Made by a program: the position numbers and the translations under genes. This document shows positions 39,185 to 48,538 of a stretch of 64,000 bases of DNA, one piece after another. Under the pieces are notes generated by a model that was not told the origin of the DNA, searched no databases, and saw only the letters and a program-made list of their open reading frames with translations. The DNA is taken from the NCBI GenBank assembly GCA_963666485.2, contig CAXXUO010000001.1:352001-416000 (forward strand), in the 5' to 3' direction. The stretch comes from Syntrophorhabdaceae bacterium (GTDB lineage Bacteria > Desulfobacterota > Syntrophorhabdia > Syntrophorhabdales > Syntrophorhabdaceae). How positions within the stretch are numbered: position 1 is the stretch's first letter; the number at the start of each line of letters is the position of its first letter.

Positions 39185-39429
39185 GAAAATTAGATCATAT
39201 CGGGCTTTTGTATCAGGATGATTGGGGGGACCGACCGAAGCGGGTTTAATGACCAAATTCATCGCGGCTTTTAATTTAGGGCGATAACGAGGCGACGACG
39301 AGGGTCCCGACACAGGCGTACACTGATACCGGGGCACCCACTTCCGAGCTTGCTAATGTGGTTCGCGCGTCGAGGAGGGGCCGGAGGAATTCAACGAAGG
39401 AAGCGCCCTGATAAGGAAGGCGCCTGTCC

Positions 39430-39466
39430 AAAAAAAAGGGGAGGCGCGTGGCCTCCCCCCTTCTTT
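39430..39466 (-). terminator. Intrinsic terminator
   Basis: A8-GGGGAGGC-gcgtg-GCCTCCCC, just past the stop of the minus-strand gene. Confidence 0.85.
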
Positions 39467-39477
39467 CTTGAGAGAAA

Positions 39478-39945
39478 TTACTTCTTTGCAGGGGCTGCGG
39501 CGGGAGCTGCCGGAGCTGCGGGAGCTGCCGGTTTCTCTTCTGCCTTCTTCTCTGCCTTCTTCTCTGCGGCTTTCTTCTTCGCTGCGCCAGGTTTGCCAAC
39601 TGCCTTAGCGATGTTCTTGCCGTCTTTCTCTACGTAGACAACCACGACCTTGTCGCCAGCTGCTACTTTCTTATCCATCTTCGCCTTGGAGACGTCGAAG
39701 GTCATTTCTGTTTCGCCCTTCACGACGATTGTCTTTGCTGCATCGTCTTTGCTGACGAACTCACCTTCGAACTTCTTTGCGCCGGCTTTCTTGGCTTTCT
39801 CTACGGCTTTGTCTTTTGCGGGTTTCTCCGGTGCTGCGGCCGGTTTGTCTGTTGCAGGGGCTTTCTTCTCCTCTGCTGCATACACGGTCGTCACGAAGGC
39901 CACGCCGATGATGATTGCGAGAACGAGCATTAATACTTTCTTCAT
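39478..39945 (-). CDS. Exported Lys/Ala/Pro-rich protein with a small beta-barrel (OB-like) core
   Basis: GGAGG SD, signal peptide, core FEGEFVSKD...GDKVVVVYVEKDGK, low-complexity flanks. Confidence 0.8.
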   Translation of the reverse strand: MKKVLMLVLAIIIGVAFVTTVYAAEEKKAPATDKPAAAPEKPAKDKAVEKAKKAGAKKFEGEFVSKDDAAKTIVVKGETEMTFDVSKAKMDKKVAAGDKVVVVYVEKDGKNIAKAVGKPGAAKKKAAEKKAEKKAEEKPAAPAAPAAPAAAPAKK

Positions 39946-40001
39946 ATTGTGTTCACCTCCTCCCCTTTTATTGGTTACATTCAGCTGCATGGCTTCAGTA
40001 A

Positions 40002-40017
40002 TGCATTCGCCGTGCCA
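40002..40017 (-). promoter_or_regulatory. Sigma54 -24/-12 promoter
   Basis: Minus strand TGGCACGGCGAATGCA keeps the GG-N10-GC spacing, about 57 bp upstream of the ATG. Confidence 0.8.
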
Positions 40018-40081
40018 CATTCGTAACATGTGGATAATATTAGACACTATGATTTTCTCCGAAACGTGAAAACCCGCTGAA

Positions 40082-40159
40082 ATCGGAAATTTCCGACTAA
40101 AACAACCATTTACCATCGGAAATATCCGACTACCTCTGTTTCCATCGGACAAATCCGAC
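40082..40159. promoter_or_regulatory. Three palindromic enhancer-like sites ATCGGA-N4-TCCGAC
   Basis: Cores at 40083-40096, 40116-40129 and 40145-40158. Confidence 0.8.
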
Positions 40160-40228
40160 CCCCACCTCCGTCACCCCGGCGAGAAGACCAGGACCGAAGA
40201 TTTTTCCTTATGGTACCACGGCACGGGC

Positions 40229-40415
40229 CGTCATTCCCGCGAAGCGGGAATCCAGCGTCTTTAGCTTTTGATATTTAATGGTCTATTAAGGTTGACCTTC
40301 TTGTGTACACCACGGCCAGCGGCTGATGTACAGGTACAAGATGAGTGCACGTTTCCGGGTATTGCCCAAAAATCCTACTGAAAAGACACTGGATTCCCGC
40401 TTCGCGGGAATGACG
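40229..40415. repeat. CGTC-type REP doublet (dRS3-like core ATTCCC-N7-GGGAAT)
   Basis: 40229-40262 and 40382-40415 are near-perfect inverted copies; a degenerate copy starts at 40169. Confidence 0.9.
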
Positions 40416-40488
40416 GCAGGTTTTGTGGTGTATTTACGTCTATGATGTCGCGGCGCCCTTATAGTCTACGATGTCGCGGCGCTTACTT

Positions 40489-41949
40489 TTAGCCTTTCCC
40501 CGTTTGCCGCTTCTTCATATCCGCCATCTTTGCCTTATAATCATACAACCCCAGTTCCTTAAGCTTTGACACGGCGACGAAGAAGGTGTCCCTGTTTATC
40601 CCGAGATGCTCCACGATCTCCTTTGGTTCCAGGAGATGGCCGGATTCCCCGTCCGGGTCGAGCTTTGTCAGATAAAGGTAGAGCCGGTATTCCGCCGCGG
40701 TGAGGCGCGCGTCTATAAGCTCGTCGAGCTTCAGCGCTATAGGGCTCACCCCGCCGTGCGGCCTCGAGCCCTGGCGCACCTCCGCGGGGACGTGCTCCAT
40801 CGTTATGGTGCCGGCATCGCACATTATATAGGAACGCTCGAGGACCGATTCGAGCTGCCGCACGTTGCCGGGCCAGGGGTAATGCATAAAGCACTGAAGC
40901 ACATCATCCGAGAGGCCCTTCTTCTCCTGGTGGGCGCTGTCAAATTTTTTCAGGAAATGCTCGATCAGAAGCGGTATGTCCGTAAGCCGGTCGCGAAGAG
41001 GGGGGAGGGCGAACGCGATGACATTCAGCCGGTAATACAGGTCCTCCCTGAACTTGCCGTCCTCGATCTCCTTCTCCAGCTTTTTGTTTGTTGCGGAAAT
41101 AATACGCACGTCGAGCTTGATCGTCTCGTTCCCGCCGATCCTGCGCACCTCTTTTTCCTGGAGCACCCTCAAGAGTTTTGCCTGGGTGCTCTGCGTCAGG
41201 TCCCCTATTTCATCGAGGAACAACGTGCTGCCGTTCGCCTGCTCGAAAAGCCCGATGTGACGGGAAACCGCCCCCGTAAAAGCGCCCTTTTCATAGCCGA
41301 AAAGCTCGCTTTCGAGCAGCGTCTCGGGTATCGCCGCGCAGTTTATCGCGAAGAAGGGCTTGCTCTTGCGCGGGCTGTTATAATGGATGCTCTTTGCAAA
41401 CAGCTCCTTGCCGGTCCCGCTCTCTCCATGGATAAGCACCGTCGAGTTCGTCGGGGCAACCCGCTTGACGATCTTGTACAGTTCTTCCATTGCCCCGTGT
41501 GCGCCTACGATGTTGTCAATATGGAACCGGTCGCGCAGCTGGTCCTTCAGCATGATGTTGTCTTTGAGGAGGCGCACCTGGTTCACGGCATTGTTGACAA
41601 CAAGGAGGAGCTGGTCCTTTTCAAGGGGTTTTTCGAGGTAATAAAACGCGCCGAGCTTCGTCGCCTCGACGGCCGACGGGATGGACCCGAACGCCGTCAC
41701 AATGATCACGTGGCAAGGGTGGCCGAGGGCACGCACCTCCCGTAAGACCTCTGTGCCGTCGATATCGGGAAGCTTAAGGTCAGTCACGACAATATCGAAG
41801 CTCGCGTTTTTCAGGATATCGACCGCTTTGCGGCCGCAATCCGCATCCTCCACGTAAAACCCCTCCCTGGAGAGGATCATCTTCACTATTTCACGCTGGT
41901 TCCTGTCGTCCTCTACGACGAGGATCGTCCCTTTATTGTCATCCTTCAT
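40489..41949 (-). CDS. Sigma54-dependent response regulator with atypical C-terminal DNA-binding domain
   Basis: REC domain, GESGTGKE, GAFTGA, FLDEIG, WPGNVRQL; the C-terminus is not Fis-like. Confidence 0.92.
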   Translation of the reverse strand: MKDDNKGTILVVEDDRNQREIVKMILSREGFYVEDADCGRKAVDILKNASFDIVVTDLKLPDIDGTEVLREVRALGHPCHVIIVTAFGSIPSAVEATKLGAFYYLEKPLEKDQLLLVVNNAVNQVRLLKDNIMLKDQLRDRFHIDNIVGAHGAMEELYKIVKRVAPTNSTVLIHGESGTGKELFAKSIHYNSPRKSKPFFAINCAAIPETLLESELFGYEKGAFTGAVSRHIGLFEQANGSTLFLDEIGDLTQSTQAKLLRVLQEKEVRRIGGNETIKLDVRIISATNKKLEKEIEDGKFREDLYYRLNVIAFALPPLRDRLTDIPLLIEHFLKKFDSAHQEKKGLSDDVLQCFMHYPWPGNVRQLESVLERSYIMCDAGTITMEHVPAEVRQGSRPHGGVSPIALKLDELIDARLTAAEYRLYLYLTKLDPDGESGHLLEPKEIVEHLGINRDTFFVAVSKLKELGLYDYKAKMADMKKRQTGKG

Positions 41950-43462
41950 GGTGCGGCAGCCTTATCGTCATTGTCGTCCCTTTTCCAACCTCGCTTACGG
42001 CGGATATCGTACCGCCGTGCTCTTCCACAAACCTTTTCGTTATGGCCAGGCCGAGCCCGATGCCGAGTTTTTTCGTCGAGTAATAAGGTTCGAATATCCT
42101 CTCAAGCTCGTCCCCGGGTATGCCCTGACCGGTATCGGACACCGCAAGACATGCCATGCCGTTCTCCTCGGCGCATTCTATGCGCACCTGCCCCGAGTCC
42201 TCGATCGACTGTATCGCGTTCACGATAAGATTGATGAGGCTCAAGCGTATGTATTCCCGGTCGCAATAGATCGTGCCCACCCCGTTGCAGGATGTCGTCA
42301 CTTCGATGCCGCTGCGGACCTTGTCCCCGATGGTAATGAGCGCTTCCTCGATAAGGTCGCCGAGCGGGACGTCGTCCTTGTGAAGTGTTATGGACTTGCC
42401 GAGGAAGAGGAAGTTGTGGATCAGCTCGTTTATCCGGTAGACCTCTTTGACCAGGCTGTCGAGGAGCCCTACCAGTTGCTCCTTGTCGGAGATCGTCTCT
42501 TCCGAGATCTGCTCCTTGATGTGCCCGATCGACAGCGTCAGGAAATTGAGCGGGTTGCGTATCTCGTGGGCGATGCCGGATGAAAGCTGGCCGATAAGCG
42601 ACAATTGTTCCGATTTTTTGAGCTTTTCTTCAAGTTCCTTCTGCTCGCTCAACTTTTCGACCATTTCATTGAAGCTCGAGACCAGTGTCCCGATCTCATC
42701 CTTCCTGTCCGTGGGGCCTATCTTAACGAGCTCGCCCATAGCGATCTTCCGGCTGGCGGTCGCAATCCTCTTTATCGGCTCCGTGTATTTTTCCGCGATG
42801 ACGAGACACACGATGATGCCGATCGTGAATGCGAAGATCATGCTCAGGATCCTTTTGACCTGGTTGCGGTTCTGCAGGAGCCGGTAATCGTCGAGGGCCA
42901 TGTTTATATGGATATAGCCGATGTTCTGCCCCTTGATGGAAACGGGCATGATGATATTGTAGAGCCTCTGCGTCCCGCTGCGGTGCTCGTCGCCGAGACG
43001 GGCGGTTATCATGAGGTCTTTCTTCCGGCTTGCCGGTTTTTTCTCGGTTATCTTCGTCGTCGTGCCGATCTTCTTCGGGTCGGAGCTCGCGATGACCTCG
43101 GATTTGTCGCTGACAATGGAGATCTCCTTGATTCCCTTCTTGTTGAGCATATCGACGTAGCTTTTGAGACGCGCGGTTGAATCCCCGCGGTAGGTCAACT
43201 CCTCGACGCTTATCTGGATCGCTTTCGTGATATCGTCGATATTGTCGCCCACCTTGTCGAGCAGGGCCTCCTCGGCCCGTGTATAGATTATGGTCAGGGA
43301 ACCGATCGAAATTAACAGCAGAAGGAAAAGGATGAGAAGGAGCTGGGTCCTCAACGACAGGCTCCTGAAGATCGTCTTTATACGCGCATAGAACGCGGAC
43401 GACCCGGCCTTGAAGCCGGACCCGTTGTTCCTGTCGCCGTTATGCATGGTCTTATCGCTCAT
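41939..43462 (-). CDS. HAMP-containing membrane sensor histidine kinase
   Basis: Two TMs, HAMP (DEIGTLVSSFNEM), AHEIRNPLN, DTGQG, GIGLGL. Confidence 0.93.
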   Translation of the reverse strand: MSDKTMHNGDRNNGSGFKAGSSAFYARIKTIFRSLSLRTQLLLILFLLLLISIGSLTIIYTRAEEALLDKVGDNIDDITKAIQISVEELTYRGDSTARLKSYVDMLNKKGIKEISIVSDKSEVIASSDPKKIGTTTKITEKKPASRKKDLMITARLGDEHRSGTQRLYNIIMPVSIKGQNIGYIHINMALDDYRLLQNRNQVKRILSMIFAFTIGIIVCLVIAEKYTEPIKRIATASRKIAMGELVKIGPTDRKDEIGTLVSSFNEMVEKLSEQKELEEKLKKSEQLSLIGQLSSGIAHEIRNPLNFLTLSIGHIKEQISEETISDKEQLVGLLDSLVKEVYRINELIHNFLFLGKSITLHKDDVPLGDLIEEALITIGDKVRSGIEVTTSCNGVGTIYCDREYIRLSLINLIVNAIQSIEDSGQVRIECAEENGMACLAVSDTGQGIPGDELERIFEPYYSTKKLGIGLGLAITKRFVEEHGGTISAVSEVGKGTTMTIRLPHHEG

Positions 43463-44813
43463 GGTGGTCGAGATACGCCTCGATGCGGCTGTTTATTATG
43501 CCGGTGGGAACAAGGGGAAAGACGTCTTTCAGCGGCGGCCCGTCCGGCCTTCCCGTAACAAATGCGCGCAATATCATGAAAAGGTCCTTCTTCCTGACAT
43601 TCTCCCGCATACCGATCCTGTTCGCAAGGTCGTCGAATGAAATTCTTTCAGTTCCAGACAGGAGGCCCTTCATCTCGTGCGCGATCTCGACCGCCCTGTC
43701 CGTCTTGGCGAGATACGTAAGGGCCCGCTCATCGATCCCGGGGGTCGTGAAAATATCCAGGTATCCTTTGAGATCAACGACAGTGGACGCATTCTCGCGG
43801 ACCGCGGATATCCGGTCGGCCTGACCGGCATCGAGCCCTGCTTCCGCGATGAGCTTTTCGAGCGGCATATGCTTTAAATATTCCCTGTTGAACCAGAGAA
43901 GTTTTTCCCTGTCAAAGATATTATCCGATGCCGAGATGGAGTCGAGCGAAAACGTCCGCACGAGCTCATCGAGGTCCATTATCTCGGCGGCCGTGTTCCG
44001 TCCCATCGCGCAGAGGTAGTTGACGAGGGCGTCCCGGACGATGCCCAGGGAACGGAAATCGATAACACGCGTGGCGCCATGCCTTTTGCTCAATGGCTTG
44101 TGGTCAGGCCCGATAAGCAGGGAATGGTGGGCATACCGGGGGGCTCGAGCGTCGAACGCCTGGAAGAGCGCTATCTGTTTCGGCGTGTTCGGGATGTGGT
44201 CGCTGCCCCGTATGACGTCCGTGATCCCCATGAGCATGTCGTCGACGACCACGGCAAGGTTATAGGTCGGGGTCCCGTCATTCCTCAGGATGATAAGGTC
44301 ATCCACGTGGCCGCGCGGGAATGAAAGCTCGCCGCGTATCCCGTCATGAAACGTTATCGGCCGTGCGTCGGCCCGAAAACGGACCGTAAAAGCCCTTCCC
44401 TCACCCGCGAGCCTTTCGGCTTCCCCGGCCGGGAGCTCCCTGCATTTCCCCCCGTAGCGCGGCGGCTCACCCTTTGCGAGCGACCGCTGCCGTGCGGCGG
44501 CGAGTTCTTCTTCCGTGCAGAAGCATTTATAGGCGCGGCCTTTCTCCATGAGCATCTTCGCGTGCTCCGTGTACAGTCCGAGCCTTTCCGACTGGCGCAC
44601 CGGGCCTTCGTCCCACGTTATCCCGAGCCACGCGAGATCGTCTATTATCGATCGCTCGTAGGCCGCCTCGGAGCGCTCCCGGTCCGTATCCTCCATGCGC
44701 AGGACGAACGTCCCGCCTGCCTTGCGGGCAAAGAGATAATTGTACAGCGCGGTTTTCGCGTTCCCGATGTGAAGGTGCCCGGTGGGGCTTGGAGCGAATC
44801 GTACTTTGACCAT
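43452..44813 (-). CDS. gltX2: Glutamate--tRNA ligase, second divergent copy
   Basis: RFAPSPTGHLHIGN, IRGSDH, LSKR, shortened anticodon domain. Confidence 0.88.
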   Translation of the reverse strand: MVKVRFAPSPTGHLHIGNAKTALYNYLFARKAGGTFVLRMEDTDRERSEAAYERSIIDDLAWLGITWDEGPVRQSERLGLYTEHAKMLMEKGRAYKCFCTEEELAAARQRSLAKGEPPRYGGKCRELPAGEAERLAGEGRAFTVRFRADARPITFHDGIRGELSFPRGHVDDLIILRNDGTPTYNLAVVVDDMLMGITDVIRGSDHIPNTPKQIALFQAFDARAPRYAHHSLLIGPDHKPLSKRHGATRVIDFRSLGIVRDALVNYLCAMGRNTAAEIMDLDELVRTFSLDSISASDNIFDREKLLWFNREYLKHMPLEKLIAEAGLDAGQADRISAVRENASTVVDLKGYLDIFTTPGIDERALTYLAKTDRAVEIAHEMKGLLSGTERISFDDLANRIGMRENVRKKDLFMILRAFVTGRPDGPPLKDVFPLVPTGIINSRIEAYLDHHER

Positions 44814-44843
44814 GATCGTATCGTGTTTTCCGGATACCTGTAT

Positions 44844-45317
44844 CTAAAGTTTCTCGACGAGAACAACGGCCTGGGCAGCGATGCCTTCGCCGCGCCCGGC
44901 AAATCCAAGGCCCTCTGTCGTCTTTCCCTTGATGCCGACCATCTCCGGGCCGATCGACAGGATGGCAGCTATCCGTTCCTTCATCGCAGGGCGGTACGGC
45001 GCTATCTTCGGCCTCTCGGCAATAACGACGCTGTCCACATTGACGATGCGGTAGCCCCTCTCCCCGGCAAGGGCGGCGATCCTGGCAAGGATGACCGTCG
45101 AGTCGATGTCCTTTATTGCCGCGTCCGTATCCGGGAAATGCACCCCGATGTCGTCTTCCCCGAGTGCTCCAAGAATGGCGTCGGCTATCGCATGGAGAAG
45201 GACATCGGCATCCGAATGGCCGAGAAGGCCCTTGTCAAAAGGGATCTCGACGCCCCCGAGAACAAGCTTTCTTCCGCCTGCGAACCGGTGAACATCGAAA
45301 CCTGTCCCTACCCTCAT
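44844..45317 (-). CDS. ispF: 2-C-methyl-D-erythritol 2,4-cyclodiphosphate synthase
   Basis: [25 protein letters not shown]. Confidence 0.96.
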   Translation of the reverse strand: MRVGTGFDVHRFAGGRKLVLGGVEIPFDKGLLGHSDADVLLHAIADAILGALGEDDIGVHFPDTDAAIKDIDSTVILARIAALAGERGYRIVNVDSVVIAERPKIAPYRPAMKERIAAILSIGPEMVGIKGKTTEGLGFAGRGEGIAAQAVVLVEKL

Positions 45318-46012
45318 ATGTTTCCTTTTAGCTGCTGCAAGAGTCCCTGCGCGATGGTGAGGTCCTCGGGGGTCGTTATTTTCATGTTGTACGGGGACCC
45401 CTCGATCACCTTCACCTTCTTGCCCAGGTGTTCGACGAATGTCGCATCGTCGTAGCCGTAATGCTTCTTCGCCATTCCTTCCCGGTAAGCCTTCATGATA
45501 AGCGGGTATTTAAAGGTCTGCGGGGTCTGCACATGCCAGAGCGACTCCCTCTCCAGGGTCTTTACGACGAAACCTTCCTTCGATATGACCTTCACCGTGT
45601 CCTGCATCGGCAATGCCGGTATGACTGCATCGAACATTTCCATCAGGAAAATGCCTTTTTCAATGAATGCCGGGGAGATAAAAGGCCGGGCCCCGTCATG
45701 TATCACGACCACGTCGCAGGCATGCTCGATCGCCTCGAGCCCGTTCCGCACGGAATCCTGCCTCAGTTTTCCGCCGATGACGATCTTCATTATCTTGTTG
45801 AACTTGTATGTCTCGAGGATCTCCTCCTGGATAAGGGGAAGGTCCTTCTGGTTGACGACGAGATAGATGCCGTCGACCGCATGGCATTCCTCGAAGATCT
45901 GCAGGGTATGCACGATGATCGGTTTGTTCTCGATAAGGAGAAATTGTTTGTTGGTGGCAGCGCCCATCCTTTTTCCTGCACCGCCGGCAAGAATGATAGC
46001 AATTGTTCTCAT
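45314..46012 (-). CDS. ispD: 2-C-methyl-D-erythritol 4-phosphate cytidylyltransferase
   Basis: [34 protein letters not shown]. Confidence 0.96.
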   Translation of the reverse strand: MRTIAIILAGGAGKRMGAATNKQFLLIENKPIIVHTLQIFEECHAVDGIYLVVNQKDLPLIQEEILETYKFNKIMKIVIGGKLRQDSVRNGLEAIEHACDVVVIHDGARPFISPAFIEKGIFLMEMFDAVIPALPMQDTVKVISKEGFVVKTLERESLWHVQTPQTFKYPLIMKAYREGMAKKHYGYDDATFVEHLGKKVKVIEGSPYNMKITTPEDLTIAQGLLQQLKGNI

Positions 46013-46019
46013 TGTGATT

Positions 46020-47063
46020 TCACGCCTGTTCTTCTAGTTGATATTCATCGGGAAAGATAAGGTCTTTTTCCGCCTGCTCCTTGAGCTTCGAGAAGATCAT
46101 TCTGCCCGAAGTCGTCTGCAAAACGCTCGTTACCACGACATCCACGGCTTTTCCCAGATATTTGCGCGCGTCGTCGATCACGACCATGGTGCCGTCGTCG
46201 AGATACCCGATCCCCTGCCCGTGCTCCTTGCCTTCACGGACGACCTTGACGTTCATCTGTTCGCCGGGGAGCATGGTGGGCTTTAAGGACATCGCCAGCT
46301 GGTTCATGTTCAGGACCTCGATGCCCTGAAGCTCGGCGACCTTGTTGAGGTTGTAATCGTTCGTTATGATCTTCCCCCCCAACCGTTTTGCAAGGGCAAT
46401 AAGCTTGGTGTCGACGTCTTTCAATTTCGGGAAGTCATAATCGACGATCTTGACATTGAGGAAGGTCTGCTTCTGCAGCCTGTGAAGGACATCGAGCCCA
46501 CGACGGCCGCGCGTCCTCTTGACCGGGTCCTGGTGATCAGCTACATGCTGGATCTCGTAGAGGACGAACTGGGGGATGAGAAATGTCCCCTGCATGAAAC
46601 CCGTTTCGCAGATATCTGCGATCCGCCCGTCTATGATCGTGCTGGTATCGAGAAGCTTTATGTCCTTTTCTTCCTCGAGCTTGTCGAAAAGAGGGACCTT
46701 CGACAGGTCGAGCGTCTTGCTCTTCTCCTTTCCCAGGACGAACCCGAGGTATCCCATGATGAAATAGAACAGGATGTAGATCGGCAATGTGATGGGGACA
46801 TCCTGAATGAGGGCGAGGAGAAGCCGTGATATAAAGAGGTTCGCTATGAAAAGGCTCACCACGATCCCGACAAGGCTGCCGAGGATGATCTTGAGCGGTA
46901 TATCTTTGAGCTTGGACTCTATCTTGAGGATGCCGTACCCGAGGATGAGGCCGCAGAAGGCGCCGACAAGCCCCCAGATGCCACGCGACAGGAGTTCTTT
47001 CAGTATGAAATAACCGGACAGCGTGGTAACAGTCAGGAGGATTATCTGGACGAATGTATCCAC
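46020..47063 (-). CDS. Membrane PIN/TRAM-domain protein (YacL-like)
   Basis: 4 TMs, LDTSTIIDGRI, RGRRGLD, TNDYNLNKVA, GYLDDGTMVV. Confidence 0.92.
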   Translation of the reverse strand: MDTFVQIILLTVTTLSGYFILKELLSRGIWGLVGAFCGLILGYGILKIESKLKDIPLKIILGSLVGIVVSLFIANLFISRLLLALIQDVPITLPIYILFYFIMGYLGFVLGKEKSKTLDLSKVPLFDKLEEEKDIKLLDTSTIIDGRIADICETGFMQGTFLIPQFVLYEIQHVADHQDPVKRTRGRRGLDVLHRLQKQTFLNVKIVDYDFPKLKDVDTKLIALAKRLGGKIITNDYNLNKVAELQGIEVLNMNQLAMSLKPTMLPGEQMNVKVVREGKEHGQGIGYLDDGTMVVIDDARKYLGKAVDVVVTSVLQTTSGRMIFSKLKEQAEKDLIFPDEYQLEEQA

Positions 47064-47066
47064 GAA

Positions 47067-47594
47067 TCAGCCTTTATGGTGATTAGCGGTATTCCCTTTC
47101 TGGCTGCTGTTGTTGGCGAGGAAGATCTCTTCTATTTCCTGCTCGATCATTAACTCTTCGGTGCCCAGCGACATGGACAGTTCCTTGGTGATAAGGTTCC
47201 GCGCCATTTCGAACATTTTCTTCTCGCCGAAGGAAAGTTCTTTCCAGTATCGCAGGTTGTAGAGTTCTTTGAGTACTGTCGCAACTTCGTAGATGGAGCC
47301 GCTCTTGATCCTTTCCATGTATTCTTTGTAGCGCCGGTTCCAGGGTGAATTATCGTGGACAATGTTCTTGTCCTTCAATATATCGTACACCCTGAAAACC
47401 TCGGTGGCCTCGATCACTGTCCTCAGCCCCGCATTTTTTGCACCGTCGATCGGGATCATGATGGTCATGTCCGTGTCGAGAATACGAATAATGTAAAACG
47501 ACTGCTTGGTACCGGAAAATTCTTTTTCTTCGATAGATTCTATCCGGCCAACTCCGTGTCCCGGGTATACTGCAACTTCTCCTACATCAAACAT
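47067..47594 (-). CDS. carD: CarD/CdnL-family transcription factor
   Basis: VYPGHGVG, WNRRY, LSFGEKKM. Confidence 0.92.
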   Translation of the reverse strand: MFDVGEVAVYPGHGVGRIESIEEKEFSGTKQSFYIIRILDTDMTIMIPIDGAKNAGLRTVIEATEVFRVYDILKDKNIVHDNSPWNRRYKEYMERIKSGSIYEVATVLKELYNLRYWKELSFGEKKMFEMARNLITKELSMSLGTEELMIEQEIEEIFLANNSSQKGNTANHHKG

Positions 47595-47774
47595 TACGCC
47601 TCCGATAAATTGTCATCGTTTTTCGGCCAGGTTCCATATTGTAGCATAATTTTGACCAAAATTAAATACGTAAGTCTTTTTAGGTAATTATGTGCAGTGA
47701 ATTCAGGGATGCGCCCCCGTTTGGCCGCCTTTTACGGGCGTTAACGACCGGGGCATACGAGGGAAGTTGCGGGC

Positions 47775-48371
47775 TTATCTCTTCTGTTCGGCGAGTTTGA
47801 ATTTCAGGTCCGTCATAACCCTCATCAGGTTTTTCTCTTTAGCGAGGTCCATCGCGGTCCTGTTCTGCTTGTTCACGACCGAGAGGTCGGTGTTGCGGGC
47901 AATAAGATAATTTATTATCCCGGCAAATTTATTATTGATGGCACACATAAGCGGGCTGTTCCCGGCGTTATCGCGTACATTGATATCCGCCCCGTTCTCG
48001 ACGAGCGCACGGACTATTTCCATATACCCGCTGCAGGCCGCAAAGTTCATGACATTGCCCCCGTCCACATCAGGGGCATCCGGGTCGGCGCCCCGCGATA
48101 GCAGCAGCCGCAGGACCCCGACCTGGTTGTTCCTGCAGGCATAGGCGACGGCAGATTGCCCCCGGCTGTTCTTCGCGTTGACATCGGCGCCCTTGTCGAT
48201 GAGAAACCGGGCCGTATCGGTAAATCCGTGCTGCGCCGCGCACATGAGCGGGGTTTTACCGGCCGGGTCTGTCCCGTTGATATCCGCCCCGTCTTCGACG
48301 ACCCGCACCACGGCCTCGGCATCGCCTTTCTGGCAGACAAGCATCAATCGTTCGGTATCTTCTGCGGCCAT
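47775..48371 (-). CDS. Ankyrin-repeat protein
   Basis: About 5 repeats (GKTPLMCAA, GADVNAKN, GNSPLMCA). Confidence 0.92.
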   Translation of the reverse strand: MAAEDTERLMLVCQKGDAEAVVRVVEDGADINGTDPAGKTPLMCAAQHGFTDTARFLIDKGADVNAKNSRGQSAVAYACRNNQVGVLRLLLSRGADPDAPDVDGGNVMNFAACSGYMEIVRALVENGADINVRDNAGNSPLMCAINNKFAGIINYLIARNTDLSVVNKQNRTAMDLAKEKNLMRVMTDLKFKLAEQKR

Positions 48372-48538
48372 ATAGTGACAGTATATCCGATGATGGAAAA
48401 AAGAAAAGCTTTTTTCACATGCTGAACATGATCTGCCACCCCTGAAAGCGCCTTAATGCACGCGTCCCAAAAATGGATTGATGCCTGCAGGATTTTCCTT
48501 TATAATCACTAACAATCTTTCATCTGGAGGCAATCATA

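Noticed and set aside
39276..39427. 6S RNA
   Set aside because: Only a short GGCACCCAC resemblance; no long closing stem with a central bubble, and no zapA/ygfA context.
47775..48371. Ankyrin protein as a defence or immunity component
   Set aside because: Isolated gene with no toxin, nuclease or secretion partner nearby.
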